DNA of 64,000 bases from Candidatus Latescibacterota bacterium (GTDB lineage Bacteria; Latescibacterota; UBA2968; GCA-2709665). The DNA lies in assembly GCA_965219995.1 (NCBI GenBank), contig CBDCOX010000002.1, positions 352,001-416,000 on the forward strand, written 5' to 3'. Positions within the stretch are counted from its first letter, which is position 1. Every line of letters begins with the position of its first letter. Shown here piece after piece: positions 27,570-36,260 of this stretch. The translations under genes were made by a program, and so were the position numbers. A model generated the notes under the pieces. The model did not search any database. It was not told the DNA's origin and saw nothing but the letters and a program-made list of their open reading frames with translations.

Positions 27570-28754
27570 CTACAGGACCGGCAATTCCCCGGGGGCGGGT
27601 TCAGACAGGATTTCGCATCCGGTATCGGTCACGACGACATCTTCTTCGAGCATGAAATACGCGCCGTCCGTATAGAGAGAAGGTTCGACGGTGAGCACCA
27701 TGCCTTCCTCGAGAGCTGTGTTGTCTTCGAATTCGATGAACGGGGGTTCGATGATGTCCAGACCGATGGCGTGTCCGATCCCGGTGACCTGCCGCGCCTG
27801 CTTTGCGTAACCCGCCCTCGCCAGCGTTTCGTTCGAAACGCGAACCAGGTCGGATATCGGAATGCCGGGGCGGACCGCGGCATTTGCCGCTTGCAGGCAC
27901 TCATACACGGCGCGGTACGCGTCCTTGTGTTTCTGTTCGGCCCGCCCCACGGCGAACATGCGCGTGTAGTCCGACCAGTAACCCCGGTACACGCCGCCGG
28001 CATCGTGGGCGATGAGCTCGCCTTCGGTCACGACGCGGTCGGTGTGCCGGCGCAGGCTGCGGTTGCTGCTGCGCGCGTTGCCGGGGACGTACGTGGCCAG
28101 AGTGATCGAACCCGGGGCGTCCATCCCCCGTTTCATGTGCTCTACACAGAGCAGGCTATACAGATCCCTTTCCGTCATGCCGGGCCTGACGGTGTCAAAC
28201 AGGGTTCGGTAGGCCTGGCCGGTGATCCGCACGGCCTCGCGAATGTATGCGATCTCGGCGGGGGACTTGGCGAAACGGGTTTTCCAGAGCGTTTGCGAAG
28301 CATCCGTGAATTGTACGCCGGGAAGTTCGTCCTTCAGCCGGCCGAAGTCGTCGTAAGGCATTCGCGACCAGAGGACGCCGCCCAGTTCGGCGCCGATGCG
28401 GGAGCTGTGGAGGCCGAGTTCGCGGATGACTTCGGTCAGGAGCGAGACCCCCGCCCGGATGCGGATGGGCGGCTGATACGTGCGCAGGTCCTGGATCCAG
28501 GCGTCTTCCTCGCACATTCCGGTTTCCAGCGGCGGGACAATGAGCACCGGGTCGCGTTCGAGCGGAAGCAGGGCAAAGAGAGAGGTGAACTTGTGCCCCC
28601 AGCGATGGGTCCAGTGTCCGCTGAAGTAGCGATGGTTCGTGTCCGTGGTAATCAGGACGGCGTCCAGGCGACTGCGCGACATGAGATCCCGCAGCCTGGC
28701 CAGGCGTCGTTCGTATTCATGGGCGTCGAAATCGGCGTAGTCGCTGGTCAGCAT
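27570..28754 (-). CDS. Xaa-Pro aminopeptidase family (M24) protein
   Basis: KSPAEI, DAGG..GYWSDYTR, GHAIGL, TVEP, LEEDVVVT. Confidence 0.9.
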   Translation of the reverse strand: MLTSDYADFDAHEYERRLARLRDLMSRSRLDAVLITTDTNHRYFSGHWTHRWGHKFTSLFALLPLERDPVLIVPPLETGMCEEDAWIQDLRTYQPPIRIRAGVSLLTEVIRELGLHSSRIGAELGGVLWSRMPYDDFGRLKDELPGVQFTDASQTLWKTRFAKSPAEIAYIREAVRITGQAYRTLFDTVRPGMTERDLYSLLCVEHMKRGMDAPGSITLATYVPGNARSSNRSLRRHTDRVVTEGELIAHDAGGVYRGYWSDYTRMFAVGRAEQKHKDAYRAVYECLQAANAAVRPGIPISDLVRVSNETLARAGYAKQARQVTGIGHAIGLDIIEPPFIEFEDNTALEEGMVLTVEPSLYTDGAYFMLEEDVVVTDTGCEILSEPAPGELPVL

Positions 28755-28898
28755 GAAGGGGGTCCTTAAAGATGGGTTTTGAATTGAGTCCCTTTGTCTC
28801 AGGGTTACGGATGGCGTGCGTACGGACGATCGCAGGGATGTGAGTGGCTACGGGCCCTGAATTTCCCTTGAAGTTACCTGGCGCACCGAGGCGACACG

Positions 28899-29747
28899 AT
28901 GCCGTTGCAGGCCTTCATTCTGGTGATGATCTCCACCGTCCTTCACGCCGCCTGGAATTTTGCGGTCAGGAAGGCGTCCGGAAACCTGGGTGTCTTGTGG
29001 CTGGGTATGTGGTTTGCGTCCGTCCTGTGCCTTCCGGCGGTCTTTCTTTTGCCCCCTGGGTCTGGCGCGCTCGAGGCCGGATGGCCCTTCATTGCGGCGA
29101 CCGGTCTGACGCATTCCCTGTATTTCCTCATGTTGGCCAAAGCCTACGAAGATGGAGAGATTTCGGTCGTATACCCGATTGCCCGCGGCACGGGTGTGGG
29201 AGGTACGGCCCTGGGCGCGTGGTTGCTGATCGACGAGAAGCTCACGGTCCCGGGTGCTGTGGGCATCGTAACCGTCCTGCTCGGCATCATCCTGCTGGGA
29301 CTCGGTGGAGTGGGTACGCGAAAGCGCCGCCGTTCCATACCGTATGCGCTCATCGTAGGCGCATCGATCGCCGTCTATTCCGTCGTGGACAAGCTGGGCG
29401 TATCGCTTGTTCATCCCGTGCATTACGTCTTCTTCCTTTTCGCAATTCCTGGGGTGATCCTTTCTCCGTACGTACTCTTGCGGCACCGGCCCGCGGTTGT
29501 CCGGACCTGGCACGGAATGAAGAAATACGCGCTCCTGGCAGGGCCGGGTTCGATGGTGACCTACCTGCTCGTTCTGTATGCGATGCGCATCGGAAAAGTC
29601 AGCTATGTTCTGGCCGTCAGGGAATTTTCGGTAGTCATCGGCGCCCTGCTGGGAGTGCTTTTACTCGGCGAACGGTTCGGGTGGTATAAAGGTGTGGGCA
29701 TTGCCGCGGTGGTTTTGGGGCTGGTGCTTGTCAAGCTGGGGGGATAG
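28899..29747 (+). CDS. EamA/DMT family transporter
   Basis: LHAAWN, GEISVVYPIARG, VREFSVVIG; about 10 TM segments. Confidence 0.9.
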   Translation: MPLQAFILVMISTVLHAAWNFAVRKASGNLGVLWLGMWFASVLCLPAVFLLPPGSGALEAGWPFIAATGLTHSLYFLMLAKAYEDGEISVVYPIARGTGVGGTALGAWLLIDEKLTVPGAVGIVTVLLGIILLGLGGVGTRKRRRSIPYALIVGASIAVYSVVDKLGVSLVHPVHYVFFLFAIPGVILSPYVLLRHRPAVVRTWHGMKKYALLAGPGSMVTYLLVLYAMRIGKVSYVLAVREFSVVIGALLGVLLLGERFGWYKGVGIAAVVLGLVLVKLGG

Positions 29748-29860
29748 TCGAACGGCCGCAGCGAGACGGGATGAATCCGCGGTTCAAGATAGCCGGGCGG
29801 AAGGGGAGCGTCAAGCCCTATAGCCCTCTGAGGGGATGCCGTGAGAAAGGGAGATTTCGC

Positions 29861-29889
29861 TTTACACGCCATTGGCCGATTCGTATCAT
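29861..29889 (+). promoter_or_regulatory. Sigma70-type promoter for the GH38-like gene
   Basis: TTTACA-N17-TATCAT. Confidence 0.55.
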
Positions 29890-29954
29890 ACGTCGGCCGA
29901 TCATAGAGGTCCGGTACCGCAAGACCACCGAACGGAAACATCGTCGAATTCTCC

Positions 29955-32486
29955 ATGTCGAAAGAGGCAATATACGTCGTTCCGTTTTCGCGATTGACGC
30001 TCTTTGGGTTGGGAGACAAAGAGGCGTGTCTGTCTCGCGGCGCGCAGATTATCGCACGGGTTCTGCGATTGTTGGAGGCCAGGGACGACTTCAGGTTCCT
30101 TATTGAAAATCCGGTTCATCTAAGCGCTTTTCTTGAGAAGCATCCCGACGCCGCGGATCGGGTCCGGGGCGCGGTTTCCGAGGGCCGCCTGGAGTTGGGC
30201 GCCGGCTGGACCCAGATGGATCACCGGCTGTCCGCGGGCGAAGACCTGGTTCGGAATCTGCTCTACGGAAAGTCCTTCGTTCGTGATACGCTTGGCGTCG
30301 ACCCGACCGTTGTGAATCTGGGTGACGGGCGGGGCACAACTTCGCAATACGTTCAGGTTGCCGTCAAGTGTGGTGTCGAACTCGTCGTCCTCCTGGGCAA
30401 CGGGCGGAATCAAGACGTCCTGTGCCGCTGGCCGGGGCCGGACGGATCGCGGGTGATCTGTTGGGACGCTCTGGGCGGCGGACACCTGCTCTGGGAAGCC
30501 AGTCGGGGAACGCCGCAGTCCAGGCGGGCCGCAAACGACGCCATTGCCGGCTGGCGTGAAACGCATAATGGCGGGTTGGCGCTGCACTGGGGCGGGCTGA
30601 TGGTTCAGCCCAACGAAGAAACGCTGGCGCAGCTTGAAGCGTGGGCGGAAGAACAGGACGTCGAGCTTAAGTTGGAGACCCCCTCGGGCATTCTCCCGCA
30701 ATCCCGGACAATGGCACAGCTCACAGAGGTGCGCCGGCAGAATTCGCCCGGAGGACCGCATCCGGAGCCGGTGTTTCCCGAAACGGCGCCGCTGAACGAT
30801 CCAGCCGTCCGCGGGCTGCTGCGGGCGGAGCAGATGGCGGCAATCGCGGAGACGTTTCTTGAGTCGGAATATCCCGGAAAGGCTCTGAAGGCGGCCTGGC
30901 TGCGTCAACTCGAGGCAACGTCGTACCGCTTCAACGGCGCGGCGGCGAAGGAGGGGCTGGAACGGAGGCGGAGCGACCAGCAGGGCGTCATCGACACGGC
31001 GGGTCGTATTTCACGGAACGCAGAGGGGGTGATCGCAGAGCGGATCATTCCCCGCGACGGTCCGGACGGCAGATTGCCCATTGTGGTGTTCAATCCGTTA
31101 TCCTGGCCGCGCACCGACCTGGTGGAAGCGCACGTCACGTTTTACGGTGAAGTGGAGGCGACTGACTTTGCCCGTTACGAAACGTACAGGCTGGTGGATG
31201 CTTCCGGGCGTCCGGTGCCGTTCCAGGAACTGGCGGGAAGGCAGACGGAGACGGCCGAGATACGCCTGGTCTTCGCGGCGCGGGAGGTTCCGGCCAACGG
31301 CTACACAACGTACTATCTGATTCCGGGTGTTACGGAAACGCAGCCGCTCGTTGGCATTCAGCCGCCGGAGATGATGGCGCCGGGACAGATGGCGCCTGAA
31401 TTCCCGGAGCCTTCCTTCGTTCTGGAGGACGTCGAAGACCGCGTGTCCCAAGCATATGGGGGTGTGCGAATCGGCCGCCGGTTCAGGACGGCATCCATCG
31501 ACCTCGAAGTCGACGAAATCACCGGTTGGGTGCGGGTGTCGGACCGAGCCACCGGTGCATTGCTGGTTGACGGCATTCATCTTGCCGGGACGGAGGAGGC
31601 GCTGACCGACGGATGCGCGGTGACGGGAAGGCGGTTCGAGATGGCCGTCGAACGCGTCGATCTCGAAGAAAGCGGCGAGGTCCGGGCAACGGTGCTGGTC
31701 GCCGGGAAGCTGCTGTCGTCTCCCTGTGAGATCAGGTACCGGCTTTACGGCGAACCGGACCGTGTGGACGTGGACCTCCGGCTCCAATGGCGCGATGCGA
31801 AGCCGGTGCGGGTGCAGATGGTCTTCCCGGCCGCCGGTGATACCATCCGGTACGGAACGCCGCACGGACAACAGTTGCTCGAGCAAGACGAGCAAGGGGA
31901 TGATTCATCCGAAGTCAGGCGGGTCTGCCAGGGATGGGTGGCCGTGGAAGGACCGGACACGGGCTTCGTGCTGGCCTCGGACCGGAAGGCGTTTCAGTTC
32001 GGTCCCGGTGAAGTCCGTGGCGACGTTTTGCATTCAGGCCTCGATCCCGCATCGTATTCATACAATGTCATCTGGCGCTCGTTTCCGGATGACGTGGCAT
32101 GCGGTTACTCCATCAGGGGATACCGTGGAGACTTCGCGCGGGGAAACGCTTTCCGCGACGGCTGGAACCTGGGCCAGCGGCTGAGCGCCCGGGTCGTGTA
32201 CGACACGGTTTCCGGAAAGTCGTTGCCGGACCGGATGCAATTTATCTCCCTCGACGGCCCCGGAATCGTATGCACGACGATCAAGCGGGCCGAAGACGGC
32301 GAAGGACTGATTCTGCGCGCGTACGAAACCGTCGGCAGAAACTGTGAAGCCCGCCTGGTTTCCTGCCGTGACGTCGTCTCGGTTCGCGAAACCGACCTGA
32401 TGGAGCGGCGTGTGCGCGACCTGGATCGGGATACCATCCCATTCGCCCCGTTTGAAATCAAGACCGTGCGGGTACTGCTGAATTGA
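29955..32486 (+). CDS. GH38 alpha-mannosidase-like protein with degenerate active site
   Basis: GRLELGAGW, GEDLVRNL.YG, W.GPDGS, VFNPLSWPR, IKRAEDG.GLILR.YE, PFEIKT; metal-ligand motifs not conserved. Confidence 0.82.
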   Translation: MSKEAIYVVPFSRLTLFGLGDKEACLSRGAQIIARVLRLLEARDDFRFLIENPVHLSAFLEKHPDAADRVRGAVSEGRLELGAGWTQMDHRLSAGEDLVRNLLYGKSFVRDTLGVDPTVVNLGDGRGTTSQYVQVAVKCGVELVVLLGNGRNQDVLCRWPGPDGSRVICWDALGGGHLLWEASRGTPQSRRAANDAIAGWRETHNGGLALHWGGLMVQPNEETLAQLEAWAEEQDVELKLETPSGILPQSRTMAQLTEVRRQNSPGGPHPEPVFPETAPLNDPAVRGLLRAEQMAAIAETFLESEYPGKALKAAWLRQLEATSYRFNGAAAKEGLERRRSDQQGVIDTAGRISRNAEGVIAERIIPRDGPDGRLPIVVFNPLSWPRTDLVEAHVTFYGEVEATDFARYETYRLVDASGRPVPFQELAGRQTETAEIRLVFAAREVPANGYTTYYLIPGVTETQPLVGIQPPEMMAPGQMAPEFPEPSFVLEDVEDRVSQAYGGVRIGRRFRTASIDLEVDEITGWVRVSDRATGALLVDGIHLAGTEEALTDGCAVTGRRFEMAVERVDLEESGEVRATVLVAGKLLSSPCEIRYRLYGEPDRVDVDLRLQWRDAKPVRVQMVFPAAGDTIRYGTPHGQQLLEQDEQGDDSSEVRRVCQGWVAVEGPDTGFVLASDRKAFQFGPGEVRGDVLHSGLDPASYSYNVIWRSFPDDVACGYSIRGYRGDFARGNAFRDGWNLGQRLSARVVYDTVSGKSLPDRMQFISLDGPGIVCTTIKRAEDGEGLILRAYETVGRNCEARLVSCRDVVSVRETDLMERRVRDLDRDTIPFAPFEIKTVRVLLN

Positions 32487-32615
32487 CGGCAGCCGAACGG
32501 AAGGCGGCTGCCGTCGCCGCGAAAGGTGAGCTTCCGGTTTTGCCGGCGGCGCGTGGGCCGACCCCGGACGTAGCCCGGATGGACTTTTCCAACGGGCTGT
32601 TAGGAGGTGACACTC

Positions 32616-33344
32616 ATGACAAGCATCGAGGTACCGGTACGTTATTATAAGGATTACCCCGGCGGTTACGATTACGGGTACGAGGATTTGAAGCTGCCGC
32701 TTGAAAGCTCCTGCTTTCTGCTTGTGGACGTGGACGGCGCCTATTCGTTCGAGGGCGAACGCAGGCCGCATCCGACCACCCGGGATTACATTGCGCCGGC
32801 CCTGGAGGCGGCCAGGGCCATAAAGATGAAAGTGGCGTATGTCCACAACGATCTGAGGCTGGTGGCCGATCCCGGTTGCATTGCGGGTCAGTTGTGGAGC
32901 AGGACCAAGGTGCCTAACGGCGACGTGATGGAAAGCTGGACCAAGAGGCCGGATTACGAACCGGTCTACGTGGATTGCGTGGCGCCGCGCCCCGGCGAGC
33001 CGAATTTTCCCAAGTGGATGTGGAGCGGGTTCCGCGATACGTTTCTCGATCAGAGACTCCGCTCCTGGGGTATCGAGAATCTGTTCGTGGTGGGCTACAG
33101 CCGGCGGGCGTGCCTGCACTACACGTGCGCGGAGGCGATGGGCCATAACTACCGTGTCATCCTCCTCCGTGACTGTTCCAATCCGCCGGGCGAGATCGAA
33201 TTTCCCGATACGCTGGACGACAGCCTGCCCGAGGGCGGGTGGGTGAATCGCATGATGCTTCGCCAGTTCGAGCACCTGATCGGATTCACCACGACCTCTT
33301 CGGAGTTTGTCGCCTCCTGCGAACAGGTGGAGGCATCGGAATGA
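32616..33344 (+). CDS. Isochorismatase/cysteine hydrolase family protein
   Basis: LLVD, K..WSGF.DT.LD..LR, VGY...AC (D-K-C triad), LRDC; AGGAGG RBS. Confidence 0.8.
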   Translation: MTSIEVPVRYYKDYPGGYDYGYEDLKLPLESSCFLLVDVDGAYSFEGERRPHPTTRDYIAPALEAARAIKMKVAYVHNDLRLVADPGCIAGQLWSRTKVPNGDVMESWTKRPDYEPVYVDCVAPRPGEPNFPKWMWSGFRDTFLDQRLRSWGIENLFVVGYSRRACLHYTCAEAMGHNYRVILLRDCSNPPGEIEFPDTLDDSLPEGGWVNRMMLRQFEHLIGFTTTSSEFVASCEQVEASE

Positions 33345-34462
33345 AGATCCGTGACATCGACTCCATTATGATCGACTCTCCCGGGCGGAAGTGGACGATC
33401 GTTCGGGTCCATACGGACGAGGGACCGGTGGGGCTGGGCGAAGCCACCTACTCGCAAAAAGAACCCGTGGTGGCTGCGGCGCTGGAACATATGAAACAGG
33501 AACTCGTCGGCGAGGATGTATCGCGGATCGAGTATCTGTGGCACAAGATTTATCGGATTTCCTCACTCAGCGGAATCTGGCGAATGGTGGGTCCCGTCTG
33601 GATGAGCGCACTGAGCGGAATCGACCAGGCGCTGTGGGACCTGAAGGGCAAGGCGGCCAATCTGCCCCTGGTGGAACTGCTGGGAGGAAGATTCCGGGAC
33701 ACAGTCCGTGTGTATACCCACTTCGGCGGCGCCACCCCCGAAGAATCGGCGAAGCGCGCCAGGTTCTGGGTCGACCGGGGCTACAGGGCATTGAAGACGG
33801 GCGCGCGTTCGAATACCGGTCGCCCGTTCGAGTTCTACCTGGACGATGGCGCGCCCTCAGAAACGGCGGCGCATTTTGCGGCCGCGAGAGAGGCTGTGGG
33901 GCCGGACGTCGATCTGCTGGTGGACTGCCACGGCCGTTTTACCGTTGGCGGGGCGGTACGGCTGGCGCGTGCGCTGGAACCGTATGACCTGTACTGTTTT
34001 GAAGACCCGGTTCCCCCCGAAGATCTGGCTGCGTACCCAAAGGTGAGATCGCAGACGAGCATACCGATCATGGGCAGCGAGCGGCTGAACACCAAGACGC
34101 AATACCGGCAACTGCTGGAGTTGGACGGAATCGATATCGCACAGCCGGACCTCATCTACGCGGGAGGAATTACGGAGGTGAAGAAGATCGCGGCGATCGC
34201 CGATACCTATCACGTTCCGATATCCTTTCACAACACGAAGGGGCCCGTGGGTATTCTGGCAGCGGCGCATCTGCTGGCGTCCATCCCGAATGAAGCGCCG
34301 ATGGAATTCGTCACCGGTATCGAATGGCGGGATGAGATTCTGGTGGAACCCCTGAAGATCGAAGCGGGCTGCCTGGTGGTGCCCGAAGGGCCCGGACTCG
34401 GGGTCGAACTGGACATGGAAGGCGTGGAAAAACATCGGTGGCGCGTGGGAGACCCCTATTGA
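33341..34462 (+). CDS. Mandelate racemase/galactonate dehydratase-like enolase-superfamily enzyme
   Basis: TDEG..GLGE, SGIDQALWDLKGK, VDCHG, FEDP, SER, QPDL; ATGA overlap with upstream gene. Confidence 0.9.
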   Translation: MKIRDIDSIMIDSPGRKWTIVRVHTDEGPVGLGEATYSQKEPVVAAALEHMKQELVGEDVSRIEYLWHKIYRISSLSGIWRMVGPVWMSALSGIDQALWDLKGKAANLPLVELLGGRFRDTVRVYTHFGGATPEESAKRARFWVDRGYRALKTGARSNTGRPFEFYLDDGAPSETAAHFAAAREAVGPDVDLLVDCHGRFTVGGAVRLARALEPYDLYCFEDPVPPEDLAAYPKVRSQTSIPIMGSERLNTKTQYRQLLELDGIDIAQPDLIYAGGITEVKKIAAIADTYHVPISFHNTKGPVGILAAAHLLASIPNEAPMEFVTGIEWRDEILVEPLKIEAGCLVVPEGPGLGVELDMEGVEKHRWRVGDPY

Positions 34463-34555
34463 CGGAGCGGCCGTTCCGGGTTGCCCCTGCGCCTTGAACA
34501 ATAAAGCCCGGTTTGGAGCCCCGTCGTTCGATCGGATTCAGGAATCGCAACCGCA

Positions 34556-36163
34556 ATGTTTGACGTCCTGATCAGAAATGCCAGCATCATCGATGGAACG
34601 GGTGCGGCCGCCTTTTTGGGCGATGTCGGGATCGAAGGGGATGCGATTGCCGCCGTCGGCGGCGCGTCCGGCCCCTCCAGGGTGGAGATCGACGGATCCG
34701 GGTTGACTGCGGCGCCCGGATTCATCGACATCCACACCCACTCGGACTACAGCCTGCTGATCGACGGGCGGGGCGAGAGCGCGCTCTACCAGGGCGTGAC
34801 CACCCACGTTTGCGGGAACTGCGGCATATCGGCATTTCCGGCAGGGCGCAACGGATGCTATTTCGGCCCGTTGGATTCCAGTCGGCTCAGGTCGGAAATC
34901 GCGGCGGACTGGACATCCGCGGCCGGGTATTTCGAGACGCTGGAGCGGCAGGGCGTGGCCATCAACGCAGCGTACCTCGTGGGGCATGGCTCGGTACGGC
35001 ATACGGTCATGGGCCAATCCGTGCGGCCGCCCAGACCCGATCAGCTGCAGGAGATGAAGCGTCTCGTCGACGTTCAGATGGCCGAAGGCGCGCTGGGGAT
35101 CTCCACCGGGCTCACCTATATGCCGGGAAGCAGCGCGACGACGGACGAAATCATCGCGCTGGCGGCCGTAACGGCGCCCTACGGCGGAATTTACGCCACA
35201 CATATGCGCAACTACACGGCGTCCATCATGGAAGCGCTGGAGGAGGCGATTACGATCGGGAGAGAGGCCGGCGTTCCCGTTCACGCATCGCATATTACGC
35301 CCTGTCCTCCGGCCACGGGCAGCGCGCCGCGTCTGCTCGAACGCATCAGCCGCGCGCGCGCGGAAGGTCAGGACGTGACGGCGGAGACGGAATTCTATGC
35401 GACGGGATCCACGTCATTGAAGTCCCTGCTGCCGCCGTGGGCTCTGGAGGGCGGGAACGGACGGATGGTGGGACGATTGTCGACGCCTTTACAGCGAAGG
35501 CGCATGTGGCGTGAGATCCGGGAAAGCGGATCGGAACTCGGCGGGAGCACCAAGACGGGTTTGATGCAACAGGGGCTCTGGAAAAAGCTCTGGCTCGGAA
35601 ACTGCGCGGTTAACGCCTCGCTGACGGGCAAGAGCTTCGCTGAAATCGGCCGGCTTCGCGGCGCCCATCCGTTCGATGCCGTCTGCGACATTCTGATTGA
35701 AGAGAACGGCGCCGTGAGTTTCTACGGCGAGGACAAGGCCGACCCGGACATCGACTGTCTCGCCCGGGGGACGCATTGCGGCGTGGGATCGGATGGGCTC
35801 GCCATGGCCAATACGGGTCCGCTTGCAGAGGAAAGGGAGCATCCCCGCTGCTATGGGGGCATGGCGTACCTGATTCGAACGCTCGTCCGTGAACGGGGCG
35901 TGCTCTCTCTCGAGCGTCTGGTGGAGAAGCTCACCCGGTTTCCGGCCGATCGGATGGGGTTTGGAGACCGCGGTCTGCTTCGGGAAGGAAAACGGGCCGA
36001 TCTGGTCCTGTTCGATTCCGAAGGGATGCGCGATCTGGCCACGATTCAGAATCCTTGTCGCTATTCAGAAGGGGTTCGCTGGCTCTTCGTCAACGGCGTC
36101 GCGGCGATTTCAGATGGAAAGACGACGGGCAAGAGAGGCGGCCGCGTGTTGCGGCGAGGGTGA
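34556..36163 (+). CDS. N-acyl-D-amino-acid deacylase family amidohydrolase
   Basis: APGFIDIHTHSD, GVTT.VCGNCG, YATHMR, HPRCYG, GKRADLVLF. Confidence 0.9.
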   Translation: MFDVLIRNASIIDGTGAAAFLGDVGIEGDAIAAVGGASGPSRVEIDGSGLTAAPGFIDIHTHSDYSLLIDGRGESALYQGVTTHVCGNCGISAFPAGRNGCYFGPLDSSRLRSEIAADWTSAAGYFETLERQGVAINAAYLVGHGSVRHTVMGQSVRPPRPDQLQEMKRLVDVQMAEGALGISTGLTYMPGSSATTDEIIALAAVTAPYGGIYATHMRNYTASIMEALEEAITIGREAGVPVHASHITPCPPATGSAPRLLERISRARAEGQDVTAETEFYATGSTSLKSLLPPWALEGGNGRMVGRLSTPLQRRRMWREIRESGSELGGSTKTGLMQQGLWKKLWLGNCAVNASLTGKSFAEIGRLRGAHPFDAVCDILIEENGAVSFYGEDKADPDIDCLARGTHCGVGSDGLAMANTGPLAEEREHPRCYGGMAYLIRTLVRERGVLSLERLVEKLTRFPADRMGFGDRGLLREGKRADLVLFDSEGMRDLATIQNPCRYSEGVRWLFVNGVAAISDGKTTGKRGGRVLRRG

Positions 36164-36260
36164 TGCCGTGTTCGGTGAACTGCGGCCTTTCGGCAGCCGT
36201 TTGAGTCTACCGCTGGTCCATGTTTCGAGTGAATCAATATCGGGAACCGGAATTTCAGAG

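Noticed and set aside
35889-36260. 913-aa version of the acylase ORF
   Set aside because: Overlaps the D-aminoacylase by about 270 nt; the signal-like segment indicates a later start
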